Below are positions 36,941-45,986 of a stretch of 64,000 nt of DNA, one piece after another. Position 1 is the first letter of the stretch. Each line of letters begins with the position of its first letter. The DNA lies in assembly GCA_030433075.1 (NCBI GenBank), contig JAUILI010000003.1:9596-73595 (forward strand), written 5' to 3'. Below the pieces are notes generated by a model. The model saw only the letters and a program-made list of their open reading frames with translations, was not told the DNA's origin and searched no databases. The DNA comes from Gammaproteobacteria bacterium (lineage in GTDB: Bacteria; Pseudomonadota; Gammaproteobacteria; Pseudomonadales; Azotimanducaceae). The position numbers were made by a program, and so were the translations under genes.

Positions 36941-38554
36941 TTACATCCGGAAGATGCCGAAGTCACTGCGCACCTCGGGGCTGTCTTGGCCGTGGCGACA
37001 GACGGCCAGGGCGAGGCCAAGCACATCCCGGGTCTGGGCGGGATCGATCACCCCGTCGTCCCAGAGCCGCGCGCTCGCGTAGTAGGGATGGCCTTCCGCG
37101 TCGTAGCGGGCCCGGATGCCATCCATGAAGGCGGCCTTATCCTGCGGATCCCACCCCTCCCCTCGGGCATCGAGGCCGCCCTGGCGCACCGTCGCCAGCA
37201 CCTGGGCCGCCTGCTCACCGCCCATCACCGAGATGCGGGCGTTGGGCCAGCTAAAGAGGAAGCGGGGGCTGTAGGCCCGACCGCACATGGCGTAGTTGCC
37301 CGCTCCGAAGGCGCCTCCGGTGATCACGGTCAGCTTGGGCACGGAGGCGCTGGCCACCGCGTTCACCATCTTCGCGCCATCCCGGGCAATGCCGCCGTGC
37401 TCGTAGCTTTTCCCCACCATGAAGCCCGTGACGTTTTGCAGGAATAGCAGGGGAATGCCCCGGCGGTCGCAGAGCTGAATGAAGTGGGCCCCCTTGCGCG
37501 CGCTTTCGGCGAAGAGGATGCCGTTGTTGGCCACTACGCCGACCCGGTGCCCGTGGATGTGGCCTACGCCGCAGACCAGGGTTTCCGCGTAGCGGGCCTT
37601 AAATTCGTCAAACTCGGAGCCATCGAGAAGCCGGGCGAGAATCTCCCGCACATCGTAGGGAGTGCGCGTGTCCGGCGGCATTACGCCGTAGAGCTCCTCC
37701 GCCCCATAGCGCGGGGGCACGGGCGCCTGCGCCGGGCGCGTATCCGGCCCTCGTGGCAGCTGGGCCACAATGCGCCTCGCCTTGGCGAGGGCGTCCTCGT
37801 CGTTTTCCGCCAGGTGGTCCGCGACGCCGGAGAGGCGGGTGTGCACATCGCCCCCGCCGAGGGTTTCCGCGTCCACCTTTTCCCCCGTGGCCGCCTCCAC
37901 CAGGGGCGGGCCGCCAAGGAAGATCGTCCCCTGGTCCCGGACGATGATCGTTTCATCGCACATGGCGGGGACGTAGGCGCCCCCCGCGGTGCAGGATCCC
38001 ATGACCACAGCGATTTGCCCGATGCCCCGGGCGGACAGCTGGGCCTGGTTATAGAAGATGCGGCCGAAGTGGTCCCGGTCCGGGAAGACCTCCGCCTGGA
38101 GGGGCAGGAAGGCGCCGCCGGAATCCACCAGATAGACGCAGGGCAGATGGTTTTCCAGCGCCACTTCCTGGGCCCGCAGGTGTTTCTTCACCGTGATGGG
38201 GTAGTAGGTGCCGCCCTTCACCGTAGCGTCGTTGGCGACAATCATGCATAGGCGCCCAGACACCTGCCCAATGCCCGTGATGAGGCCTCCGGCGGGAAGC
38301 GCATCTTCGTAAAGTTCGTGCCCGGCGAGGGCGCCCAGCTCTAGAAAGGCCGTGCCGGGGTCGAGCAGGCGCTCGACCCGGTCCCGGGGAAGGAGCTTCC
38401 CCCGGGCCTCGTGCCGTTCCCGGCTGCGGGCGTCGCCCCCGGCCTGAGCGCTTTGAAGGAGGGCCCGGAGCGCTTCCGCCTCGGCCCGATGGTGGGCTTC
38501 GTAGCGCGCAAAGGCGTCCTGGCCCGGTCGGGCCTCGGCGGTGAGGATGGCCAT
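36941..38554 (-). CDS. Methylcrotonyl-CoA carboxylase beta (carboxyltransferase) subunit
   Basis: Carboxyltransferase family sequence. Start chosen at ATG 38554 ([11 protein letters not shown]...), 20 nt after the upstream stop. Confidence 0.9.
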   Translation of the reverse strand: MAILTAEARPGQDAFARYEAHHRAEAEALRALLQSAQAGGDARSRERHEARGKLLPRDRVERLLDPGTAFLELGALAGHELYEDALPAGGLITGIGQVSGRLCMIVANDATVKGGTYYPITVKKHLRAQEVALENHLPCVYLVDSGGAFLPLQAEVFPDRDHFGRIFYNQAQLSARGIGQIAVVMGSCTAGGAYVPAMCDETIIVRDQGTIFLGGPPLVEAATGEKVDAETLGGGDVHTRLSGVADHLAENDEDALAKARRIVAQLPRGPDTRPAQAPVPPRYGAEELYGVMPPDTRTPYDVREILARLLDGSEFDEFKARYAETLVCGVGHIHGHRVGVVANNGILFAESARKGAHFIQLCDRRGIPLLFLQNVTGFMVGKSYEHGGIARDGAKMVNAVASASVPKLTVITGGAFGAGNYAMCGRAYSPRFLFSWPNARISVMGGEQAAQVLATVRQGGLDARGEGWDPQDKAAFMDGIRARYDAEGHPYYASARLWDDGVIDPAQTRDVLGLALAVCRHGQDSPEVRSDFGIFRM

Positions 38555-38573
38555 AATGAGTCTCCCTAGCGGG

Positions 38574-39905
38574 CTAGATGCCCGCGAGGGCGCACTCGAG
38601 ACCGTCGAACATAGCATCCAGCTCATCGGCCTTCGTGATGAGCGGTGGACACAGGGCAATGGTGTCCCCGGTCATGCGAACCACCACCCCTGCTTCCCAG
38701 GCCCGCTCAAAGACGCCGATGGCGCGAAGCCCTGCCCCTGCGGGGTCTGGCTCGAGGTCGAGGGCGCCCATGAGTCCGATATTGCGGATATCCGTGAGTG
38801 GCGCCTTATCACGAAGGGCGTGGATGCGCGCTTCAAAGTGCGGCTCGAGGGCGCGAGCGTTCTCAAAGAGCCCTTCCTCCTCGTAGACATCGAGGGTCGC
38901 CAGGGCGGCTGCGGCGGCGATGGGATGGCCCGAATAGGTGTAGCCGTGGGTGAGCTCTACCGCATTTTCCGGGCCCTGCATAAAGGCGTCGTAGATATCC
39001 TCGCGGATCAGCACCGCCCCCATGGGGATCATGCCGCTGGTGATGCCCTTCGCGCAGCAGATCATGTCCGGCACCACGTCGAAGCGCTGGGCCGCAAAGT
39101 TTTCCCCGAGGCGGCCGAAGCCTGTAATAACCTCGTCGAAAATCAGCAGGATGCCGTGCTTTGTGCAGAGCTCGCGGAGACGCTGCAGATAGCCCACGGG
39201 GGGGACGATGACCCCAGCGGAGCCGGCCACCGGCTCAACGATGACCGCGGCGACCGATTCGCCCCCGTGCAGCGCAATGCGCCGCTCGAGGGCATCGGCC
39301 AAATGGCCCCCCCACTGGGGCTGGCCCCGGGAGAAGGCCATGTGGTCGAGGTCGTGGGTGTGAGGCAGATGATCAACCCCGGGCAAAAGCATGGAGTAGA
39401 GACGACGATTATTGCCGAGGCCGCCGACGCTCGTACCGCCGAAGCCTGCTCCGTGATAGCCCTTCTCCCGGCCGATGAGATGGGTGCGCCCCGCGTCGCC
39501 GCGCATGCGATGCCACGCTAAGGCGATCTTAAGCGCCGTGTCCGCGGCTTCCGAACCCGAGTTCGTAAAGAAGATCTTATTGAGGGGGTCCGGGGAGAAG
39601 TCCGTCAGCCGCGTCGCCAGGCGAAAGGCCGTGGGGTGGCCCAGCGTGAACGCCATGGAGTAATCGAGGGTAGCGGCCTGCTTCTGCACCGCTTCCACAA
39701 TCTTCGGATGGCAGTGGCCGGCGTTCGTGCACCAAAGGCCCGAGGCGAAATCAAAGAGCGCATCGCCCTTCGTCGTGAAATAGCGCACCCCCTCGGCCCG
39801 TTCGATCATCCGCGGGTTCTTCTTGAACCAGCGGTTAGCCGTGAAGGGCATCCAGTATTCGTCGAGCGATAAAGGCTGTGCAGGCGAGGCGAAGGCTAGG
39901 CTCAT
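38574..39905 (-). CDS. Class-III (omega-amino acid:pyruvate-type) aminotransferase
   Basis: Start at [10 protein letters not shown]. Motifs [11 protein letters not shown] and the PLP-lysine region CCAKGITSG. Confidence 0.88.
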   Translation of the reverse strand: MSLAFASPAQPLSLDEYWMPFTANRWFKKNPRMIERAEGVRYFTTKGDALFDFASGLWCTNAGHCHPKIVEAVQKQAATLDYSMAFTLGHPTAFRLATRLTDFSPDPLNKIFFTNSGSEAADTALKIALAWHRMRGDAGRTHLIGREKGYHGAGFGGTSVGGLGNNRRLYSMLLPGVDHLPHTHDLDHMAFSRGQPQWGGHLADALERRIALHGGESVAAVIVEPVAGSAGVIVPPVGYLQRLRELCTKHGILLIFDEVITGFGRLGENFAAQRFDVVPDMICCAKGITSGMIPMGAVLIREDIYDAFMQGPENAVELTHGYTYSGHPIAAAAALATLDVYEEEGLFENARALEPHFEARIHALRDKAPLTDIRNIGLMGALDLEPDPAGAGLRAIGVFERAWEAGVVVRMTGDTIALCPPLITKADELDAMFDGLECALAGI

Positions 39906-39951
39906 GGTGGTGTCCTCCCAAAACACCGGGGTTTCCCCCAAGCCTATGCTT

Positions 39952-39987
39952 CTCCGGGGGTGAGCTCAATGGCGCCCACCCCCGGGG
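39952..39987 (-). terminator. GC-rich stem-loop just downstream of bcp (candidate terminator)
   Basis: CCGGGGGTG (39954-39962) pairs with CACCCCCGG (39977-39985) around a 14-nt loop. No clear U-run follows, so function is uncertain. Confidence 0.35.
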
Positions 39988-40000
39988 GAGGGTAGGGACG

Positions 40001-40471
40001 CTAGGGCAGCGTTTTCAGGACTTCCAGGACCTTCTCCGGGTGGGTTTCGGCCTTGGCCACCTTCTTCCAATGCTTCGCCACCTTCCCGTCCTTGCCGACA
40101 ATCACCGTGGAGCGGATCACGCCGACGGTCTTTTTGCCGTACATGTTCTTCTCGCCCCAGGCGCCGTACTTTTCCATGACCTTTTTGTCCGGGTCGCAGA
40201 GTAGGGTAAAGGGCAGGCTGTACTTGCTGATGAACTTCTCGTGGGATTCTCCATCGTCTGGCGAGACGCCCAGCACCACCGTACCCGTGGCCTGGATTTC
40301 GCCCCAAAGGTCGCGGAACCCGCAGGCTTCCTTGGTGCACCCTGGGGTGTCGTCCTTCGGATAGAAATAGATCACTACGTTCTGGCCTTTCAGGTCCTTG
40401 AGCGCGACCTTCTCGCCGTTTTGGTCTTTCAGCGTAAACGCCGGGGGGGCCTTGCCTTCTTCGATCGCCAT
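40001..40471 (-). CDS. bcp: Thiol peroxidase Bcp (peroxiredoxin)
   Basis: 156 aa. Peroxidatic Cys motif PKDDTPGCT. Confidence 0.93.
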   Translation of the reverse strand: MAIEEGKAPPAFTLKDQNGEKVALKDLKGQNVVIYFYPKDDTPGCTKEACGFRDLWGEIQATGTVVLGVSPDDGESHEKFISKYSLPFTLLCDPDKKVMEKYGAWGEKNMYGKKTVGVIRSTVIVGKDGKVAKHWKKVAKAETHPEKVLEVLKTLP

Positions 40472-40581
40472 GGGAGCTCCTTGGCTGCTGGGGGAGAGGA
40501 CGAAAGGAGTATAAGGATGGGGCTAGGCCCCTTGAAGCCCGTAGACCCGCCCGCACGGGGCGAGTACACTTCGCGACCCAC

Positions 40582-40658
<77 letters not shown>

Positions 40659-40669
40659 CTTCTCCTCGC

Positions 40670-41587
40670 TTAATCCCGTAGTAGCCTTTCAAGCTCTTCC
40701 ATTTGAGCGGAGTACTTAGCCCGCTTCGTGTCGCGCAGTTTCAAAAGGTTCTGCAGTTTCCACCGAACCGCGGGAAGCGCAGCTGCGGACGGTAGGCCAA
40801 GGGCATTAAAGTCCGGTTCCCCGCGGGCCAGTCCCCGAAGAAATTGCGCTGCGTGACCGGTGAGTCGAGACTGGATGTCGCCAATGAGCCTTTCCCGCAC
40901 CCGTTCCAGTTCTGAGATGCTGATGGGCCTCGAGGCCATGCCCGAAAACTCGGTTTCGAAAACGCGCTCTAGGGGCGCGAGGTTTGCGTTCAAAAGTTCG
41001 TGAGGCGGTCGACCGGAACTGGCAACAGCGACGAGGAAGGCTCGGAACAGCCCGTCGGTGAGTCCCTCATGCTCATAGAGCAGCTTGATATCGAACAGAT
41101 CCCTGGGGTGCTGACGGTCAAGCGCAGCATGCAGTTTGCCGGCATAGAGATCTTCGAAGGCGACGAGCTGCGTCTCCGCAAAGCCGAATTCATCCTCCAC
41201 TGCAGGGGATACGCGTTTTATTTCCGGTGGAAAGACGGCGCCGCGCGCAACTGGAGAGGTTTCGACTTTCACCGTAGCGGGGCCGCGCTTAAAGAGAATC
41301 CGGGTGTCGCCTGCGCCTCCCCCGGCGATCCTTGCCGCGGTCACGCCCCGTAGGTTTGCGCCTGAATGCGCGATGCGATTCATGGCAGCGTCGATGGCTT
41401 CAAGGGACTGCGTTCGATCTCCAAGGGGCAAGAAAGTTAGATCGACGTCGACAGATAGGCGCGGAAGGTCGCGATAGAACAGGTTGATCGCCGTTCCGCC
41501 TTTCAGGGCGAAGCCTTCCTCTGCCGCTACGGCTGGCAGAATATCGACCAGCAGCCGGACCTGATCCACATATCGCTCACGCGCCAT
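40670..41587 (-). CDS. abiEii: AbiEii/AbiGii-family nucleotidyltransferase toxin (type IV TA)
   Basis: 305 aa. N-terminal motif FALKGGTAINLFYRDLPRLSVDVDLTF (GG-T/S and DxD), typical of DUF1814/AbiEii. Overlaps abiEi by 11 nt. Confidence 0.85.
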   Translation of the reverse strand: MARERYVDQVRLLVDILPAVAAEEGFALKGGTAINLFYRDLPRLSVDVDLTFLPLGDRTQSLEAIDAAMNRIAHSGANLRGVTAARIAGGGAGDTRILFKRGPATVKVETSPVARGAVFPPEIKRVSPAVEDEFGFAETQLVAFEDLYAGKLHAALDRQHPRDLFDIKLLYEHEGLTDGLFRAFLVAVASSGRPPHELLNANLAPLERVFETEFSGMASRPISISELERVRERLIGDIQSRLTGHAAQFLRGLARGEPDFNALGLPSAAALPAVRWKLQNLLKLRDTKRAKYSAQMEELERLLRD

Positions 41588-42374
41588 CGTGAGCCTGATT
41601 TTGCGGCATCAGTTCGGGCGGCACGGAGATGGCGTACCGTGGATGGAAGTGGCCGTTCTCAAAGAGAGCGCGCGGCCCGGAACCAAGGTCGAACCGCTCA
41701 GGCGAGAGATGTCGCCGCCACGCGTGGCCGTGCTTGTCAGCAAAAACGAAGAACAGGCGCTTCACCTTGATGCTCGTGCAGGACGCTAGCAACTTCTCCA
41801 GCCTGCGGGGGCGCGCAGCGGCGAGGCTTTCGAAGGCCATATCGGCGATATGAACGCTTTCATGCCTTGGCAGCTCCTCCAACAGCTCGAGGATGGCGCG
41901 TTCTGGTGTGGAGCAGATCAAGGAGCCAAAGGGTGCATCAAATTCGACCGTTTCCTCCTGAGGGTTCATTGCGAACAGCTTGGCGCTATGGAGCAGGTAG
42001 CGATCTGGTCCCGGCAATCGCTTCAGCCAGGTTGGATGGGCCGACCCGTAAAGGTGAACGTCCTGATCGCTGCGCATGGGTAGGTAGTGGGCGAGTCCTT
42101 GCAGCTCTAGCGCCGTTCGCCCCCCGATGGTCGACGAGTAAGCCATAACGTGCTGAAGCGATCTCACCGCAGAAGGCCATTCCAGACGTTGGGATTCGGC
42201 CGAAGGTCGACGGTAGAGGCCCCGTATAACCGGCTCGAGCCAGCCACTCTTGATGTATTTATGGGCGAGCATGCGCGTAACGCCGTGACGCTCTAGCGTT
42301 GGCGTGTCGACTAACTGCCCGGGCGGCAAAGCCGCTAGCAGCCATTTCAGCTTATTTGAATTTTGTATCCCCAT
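41577..42374 (-). CDS. abiEi: AbiEi-family antitoxin/transcriptional regulator
   Basis: 265 aa. N-terminal wHTH-like segment (LVDTPTLERHGVTRMLAHKYIKSGWLEPVIRGLYRRP). Upstream partner of abiEii. Confidence 0.82.
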   Translation of the reverse strand: MGIQNSNKLKWLLAALPPGQLVDTPTLERHGVTRMLAHKYIKSGWLEPVIRGLYRRPSAESQRLEWPSAVRSLQHVMAYSSTIGGRTALELQGLAHYLPMRSDQDVHLYGSAHPTWLKRLPGPDRYLLHSAKLFAMNPQEETVEFDAPFGSLICSTPERAILELLEELPRHESVHIADMAFESLAAARPRRLEKLLASCTSIKVKRLFFVFADKHGHAWRRHLSPERFDLGSGPRALFENGHFHPRYAISVPPELMPQNQAHDGA

Positions 42375-42443
42375 AGGCTACAAATTAAACTAACTTCGAA
42401 AGATTGAAAATGAAAAATTTTCAAACATTTGAATTTTGTCCCC
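42354..42443 (-). promoter_or_regulatory. abiEi promoter/operator region: 13-bp direct repeats flanking an 8-bp perfect inverted repeat
   Basis: ATTTGAATTTTGT occurs at 42354-42366 (inside codons 3-7 of abiEi) and at 42427-42439. TTGAAAAT-GAAAA-ATTTTCAA lies at 42404-42424. Confidence 0.45.
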
Positions 42444-42477
42444 TTTGGAGCGACAAAAATGCGCATGACCAAAATTA

Positions 42478-43584
42478 TTAGTTTCGGCGGACTCGCCCTC
42501 GATCTTGCAAGCGTCGCCAGCTCGCCTGGGCTGCGGCCCTGCCGTCGGTGATCTGCCAAATTTCCGGTTCCCCAAGGCGCGGGGTGGCGCCGTCCACGCA
42601 GGCCGTGGCGTCGTAATTGCGCGTGCTCCGGAAAACTTCCTTGGCGGTGAAGTTGATGGTGAGGCCCGTGATGGTGCAGCGGTTCGTCGAGGGTCGGCTG
42701 GCGGCGATTTCCTGGTCGGACCAGCGCTGAATGTCATAGCGCTCGAGCGTGGTGCCCAGGGTGCCCGGGGCGCTGGGCGTGTCGAAGGCCGGAGCCGCCT
42801 TTGCGGAGGCTGCAAAGCAGACGGCGATATCGCGGTAGCAATCCAGGGTAACGCTGTTTAAGGGCCCGGGCTCCCGCGCCCCAACCAGCCGCTGCCAGCT
42901 CCCCCGAACCTGCACCGTATCGGCGGTTTGCCGAAGGACGAAGCCGCTAGCGGGCTCGAGGGGCTTGCCCGTCTCCCGCCAAAGGGCCTCGAGGAGGGCG
43001 GAAAGATCCCCCACCGTTGGGGCACCGCCGAGCGCTAGGCCCTGGGCCCGGCGAAAGTCGTCGAGATCGAGGGCCCCGCCGTCGTAATCCAGGCGGAGCA
43101 GGGCGGCATCGATAAAGCGTGCCAGCTGCTCCGGCGCCGGGGGCCGTTCCGTGCGCAGGTAAGTAGCTCCGGGGAGGTCCGCAAGGCGCTCCGGATACTG
43201 CTCAAACACCCGCAAGGCCTGATCCGCGGAAAGGCCCCCTAGGAAGAAGCGGAACTCCTCAGCGGTGAGGCTTTCGATGAGGGTTGGATCGAATAGTCGC
43301 TCAAACTCTCTGCGGCGCTGGCGTTGAGATCGCAACTGCTCCACCAGGCCAAGGGTTTGCAGCGACAGGGCGCCGGTCTGGGGCGCCTTGAGCTACCGCT
43401 CTACGGCAACGATGGCCTGCGTGAGCTCCGGGCTCTCCGCGCCGTTCACAAGGCCGTTATAGAGATTGAGTTCCCGGAGCGCCGCCTGGAGGGACCAGAC
43501 GATCTCCCCTTTCGAGGCCGCAGCGGAGGTGGCGCTCGTCATGCTCAGGAGGCAGAACAGGATGCTGATTAGCAGGGCTTTCAC
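42478..43584 (-). pseudogene. Secreted peptidoglycan-binding-domain protein interrupted by an in-frame TAG
   Basis: ORFs 43584-43393 (63 aa, GTG start, SD GGGAGG, signal peptide) and 43344-42478 are in the same frame. They are separated only by TAG (43395-43393) plus 16 sense codons. The PG_binding_1-like pattern (LQAALRELNLYNGLVNGAESPELTQAIVAVER*LKAPQTGALSLQTL) runs across the stop. Confidence 0.6.
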
Positions 43585-43664
43585 CGGGAACCTCCCTGTG
43601 CCGGGTGAACGGTGACGCTACACCGCAGAGCCGAAGCTGTCTAACGAGCTTAAGGGGCCCTGGC

Positions 43665-44531
43665 TTAGGCGCGGCGGACAAGACCGAGCTGGCGTACGGA
43701 GGCGACGAGTGCGCCGCGACTATCCCAGAGGCCGCCGCTTTCTAGCATGCGGTCGCCTTGCTGGTCCGTGCTGGAGAAGGCCCCGGCGATCCACCCTGGG
43801 GCGGGGCACCGGCGCAGCTCGACGTTCAGGGAAACGGTGGGCACCCAGCCCACCGCACCGAGAAGCCCGAAGACCGAAGGGGGAAAGGCGTCGCAGAACA
43901 GGGCCAGCGCCTCTGGGTCCGGGTCCGTGCCATCGCGAAAGCGAATCCAACCGCTGATCGCCGCTTCCCCAGCTTGCCCCGGGGCGGCCTGGGTCGGATT
44001 CAAGCGCACGTCGAGGCGCTCCGCGATGGGGAGCGTGACCCCTTGCCCTGCGGCCTCCCGGTGTACGCAGGCCTCCGGTGCGGGAAGCGCCGGCCCCTGG
44101 GGCTGGCGGTCCGAGGGCGCGGGGGCCTCCGTCGGTAGCGTGCCGTAGGTGGCCAGCACGGCCAGGCGCGTCTTCCCTTCCTGCACGAGGCGTACCTGCC
44201 CCGCGGCCAGTTGCTTGCCGACCTTGAGCACCTCTACAAAGCAGTCGCAGGGCGCTGCCCCCTCGCCCGGTCGAAGATAGTGCGCGGCGATGCTCACCGG
44301 GTGGGGGTGGGGCAGCTCTGCGCCGAGCGCCCTGAGCGCTAGGGCGAGGAGGTAGCCTCCGTTGGGGTTCGCTCCAATGCTCCAGTGGGGTGATACCTGG
44401 CCTACCCAATGTCCAGGCTCTAAAGCGTTCAGCCGCCTTTCATCTATAAAGAAGCTCACAAAGATCCCCAAGCCAACCAAGATCCGCAGCTTACGGCCCG
44501 AGGGCAGGGTTGTCAGTTCCGCCGACCTCAT
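43665..44531 (-). CDS. Acyl-CoA thioesterase (double hot-dog, TesB-like family)
   Basis: 288 aa. WSIGANPNGGYLLALALRAL motif. The true start may be GTG 44459 (VSFFIDE...). Confidence 0.72.
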   Translation of the reverse strand: MRSAELTTLPSGRKLRILVGLGIFVSFFIDERRLNALEPGHWVGQVSPHWSIGANPNGGYLLALALRALGAELPHPHPVSIAAHYLRPGEGAAPCDCFVEVLKVGKQLAAGQVRLVQEGKTRLAVLATYGTLPTEAPAPSDRQPQGPALPAPEACVHREAAGQGVTLPIAERLDVRLNPTQAAPGQAGEAAISGWIRFRDGTDPDPEALALFCDAFPPSVFGLLGAVGWVPTVSLNVELRRCPAPGWIAGAFSSTDQQGDRMLESGGLWDSRGALVASVRQLGLVRRA

Positions 44532-44600
44532 CGACTAGTCCCAGCGCGCGCCACAAATTGATGCGTTTAGCACGGAAGCGCTCCGCCTTTTTACGCCGCG

Positions 44601-44617
44601 CGCACTGAAACGGTGCG
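44601..44617. promoter_or_regulatory. NtrC-like enhancer site upstream of the OMP-glnK-amtB unit
   Basis: CGCACT-GAAAC-GGTGCG compared with TGCACC-N5-GGTGCA (GCAC-N7-GTGC palindrome). It lies 55 bp upstream of the sigma54 box. Confidence 0.4.
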
Positions 44618-44671
44618 CCCCTTCTGCGTTGCTTCGAGGAAATTCCCCCGGGTACGGCTTCGTCGCCTGAT

Positions 44672-44687
44672 TGGCACGGTCTCTGCA
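44672..44687 (+). promoter_or_regulatory. Sigma54-type -24/-12 promoter upstream of the OMP-glnK-amtB unit
   Basis: TGGCAC-GGTCT-CTGCA, 100 nt upstream of ATG 44787. Confidence 0.55.
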
Positions 44688-44786
44688 GATCCCTGCGCAG
44701 GCAACGGCTGAGACCCAGCGTTGCTTCGGGCATTTACCGAGGGCCACGCAGCCCCGTACTTGGACACCACTTTTGAGGACCATCCA

Positions 44787-45518
44787 ATGCGCATGAAACT
44801 CCGCTCAGCTGTCTTACCACTGCTCCTTTCTGTTGTGGCTATGCCGCCAGCCTTTGCTGAAGAAGAAGATCGACTAGATGTCTCTGTGTCGTATAACTCC
44901 GACGCCTTCTTTGGTCCGAACCCGTTCTTCGGTGCGGCTTACGATACGACGAAGGGCTATGACATTACTTTTTACGGGATTGCCTGGGGCGCAGGTACGG
45001 GGTCTGCATGGGCTCAATGGACCGAGTTTGGTGTGGGCCTAGGCTTCGAGGCTCTGGACGGTGATCTTTACATCAACCCTCAGCTCGGGATTACAAGCGG
45101 AAACCTTCTGTCTTCTGGTGCAGCCGGGGAAGGGGTTGTGGGAGACGGCATCGTTCCCAACCTCACGCTCGCTTATGACACCGACGAATGGGAAGGTCAG
45201 CTTTACGCCGGCTACTACATGGATCTTCGCGACGAAGCGGAAGCTGGTGGAACCACCAACGAGTACCTTCACTACTGGGTTAACGGTGGGCGTAAGTTCG
45301 CCAAGTATTTCTCCGCAGGCCTTCACTTCGAGGAGCTTTCTCTTGAAGGGGGCTCCAACGTTGGCAGCCTAGACGGCTATCAGTGGCTTGGCCCTTACAT
45401 TCAGATTGCGAAAGACCAAGCGGGTATTCGGTTCTCCTTCGGCACCGACCTTACGGATGACGATAGCTCGTTCTCTACCAGTGATTTTTACAAGCTTCAG
45501 GCGTTCTACAGCTTCTAA
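44787..45518 (+). CDS. Outer-membrane beta-barrel protein (porin/Tsx-like), function unknown
   Basis: 243 aa from ATG 44787. Signal peptide MRMKLRSAVLPLLLSVVAMPPAFA. Aromatic-rich alternating pattern, with the C-terminal ...YKLQAFYSF (terminal Phe) typical of OMPs. Confidence 0.7.
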   Translation: MRMKLRSAVLPLLLSVVAMPPAFAEEEDRLDVSVSYNSDAFFGPNPFFGAAYDTTKGYDITFYGIAWGAGTGSAWAQWTEFGVGLGFEALDGDLYINPQLGITSGNLLSSGAAGEGVVGDGIVPNLTLAYDTDEWEGQLYAGYYMDLRDEAEAGGTTNEYLHYWVNGGRKFAKYFSAGLHFEELSLEGGSNVGSLDGYQWLGPYIQIAKDQAGIRFSFGTDLTDDDSSFSTSDFYKLQAFYSF

Positions 45519-45530
45519 GGAAAGCCCAGC

Positions 45531-45570
45531 GGTGGCGGGGGGCTCCAGCTCTACGGAGGCCCCTCCCACC
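45531..45570 (+). other. Intercistronic GC-rich stem-loop between the OMP gene and glnK copy 2
   Basis: GGTGGCGGGGGGCTCC / GGAGGCCCCTCCCACC arms around an 8-nt loop: 13 Watson-Crick pairs, 1 G-U, 2 mismatches. No T-run follows. Confidence 0.35.
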
Positions 45571-45609
45571 GCGCCTCGGGCGCTCTAGGTTCAGCGCGAG
45601 GATAGGTAA

Positions 45610-45948
<339 letters not shown>

Positions 45949-45986
45949 AGCAGGCGCGGCTCGTACGACGTCTTAGGAGATAGGCT

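Larger units (their letters stand above)
40659..42477. mobile_element. Small AT-richer accessory islet next to tRNA-Arg carrying only the AbiE module (no integrase or transposase)
   Basis: It begins immediately 3' of the tRNA. By eye, G+C is lower than in the flanks, and there is a very AT-rich 42.35-42.48 kb promoter region. No flanking direct repeat was identified. Confidence 0.35.

Noticed and set aside
43393-43395. The in-frame TAG as programmed recoding (pyrrolysine or a suppressor)
   Set aside because: No pyl genes or PYLIS-like context are visible, and this recoding is unusual in gammaproteobacteria. A nonsense mutation or sequencing error is the simpler explanation.
44546-44554. GCGCGCCAC, identical to the 3' end of tRNA-Arg (40651-40659), as a possible attR bounding an island 40659-44554
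   Set aside because: There are only 9 (10 of 11) matching bases, and the string is GC-rich and expected by chance in this genome. No integrase is present, and the genes between 42.5 and 44.5 kb look host-like in composition. A whole-genome comparison with related strains would be needed.
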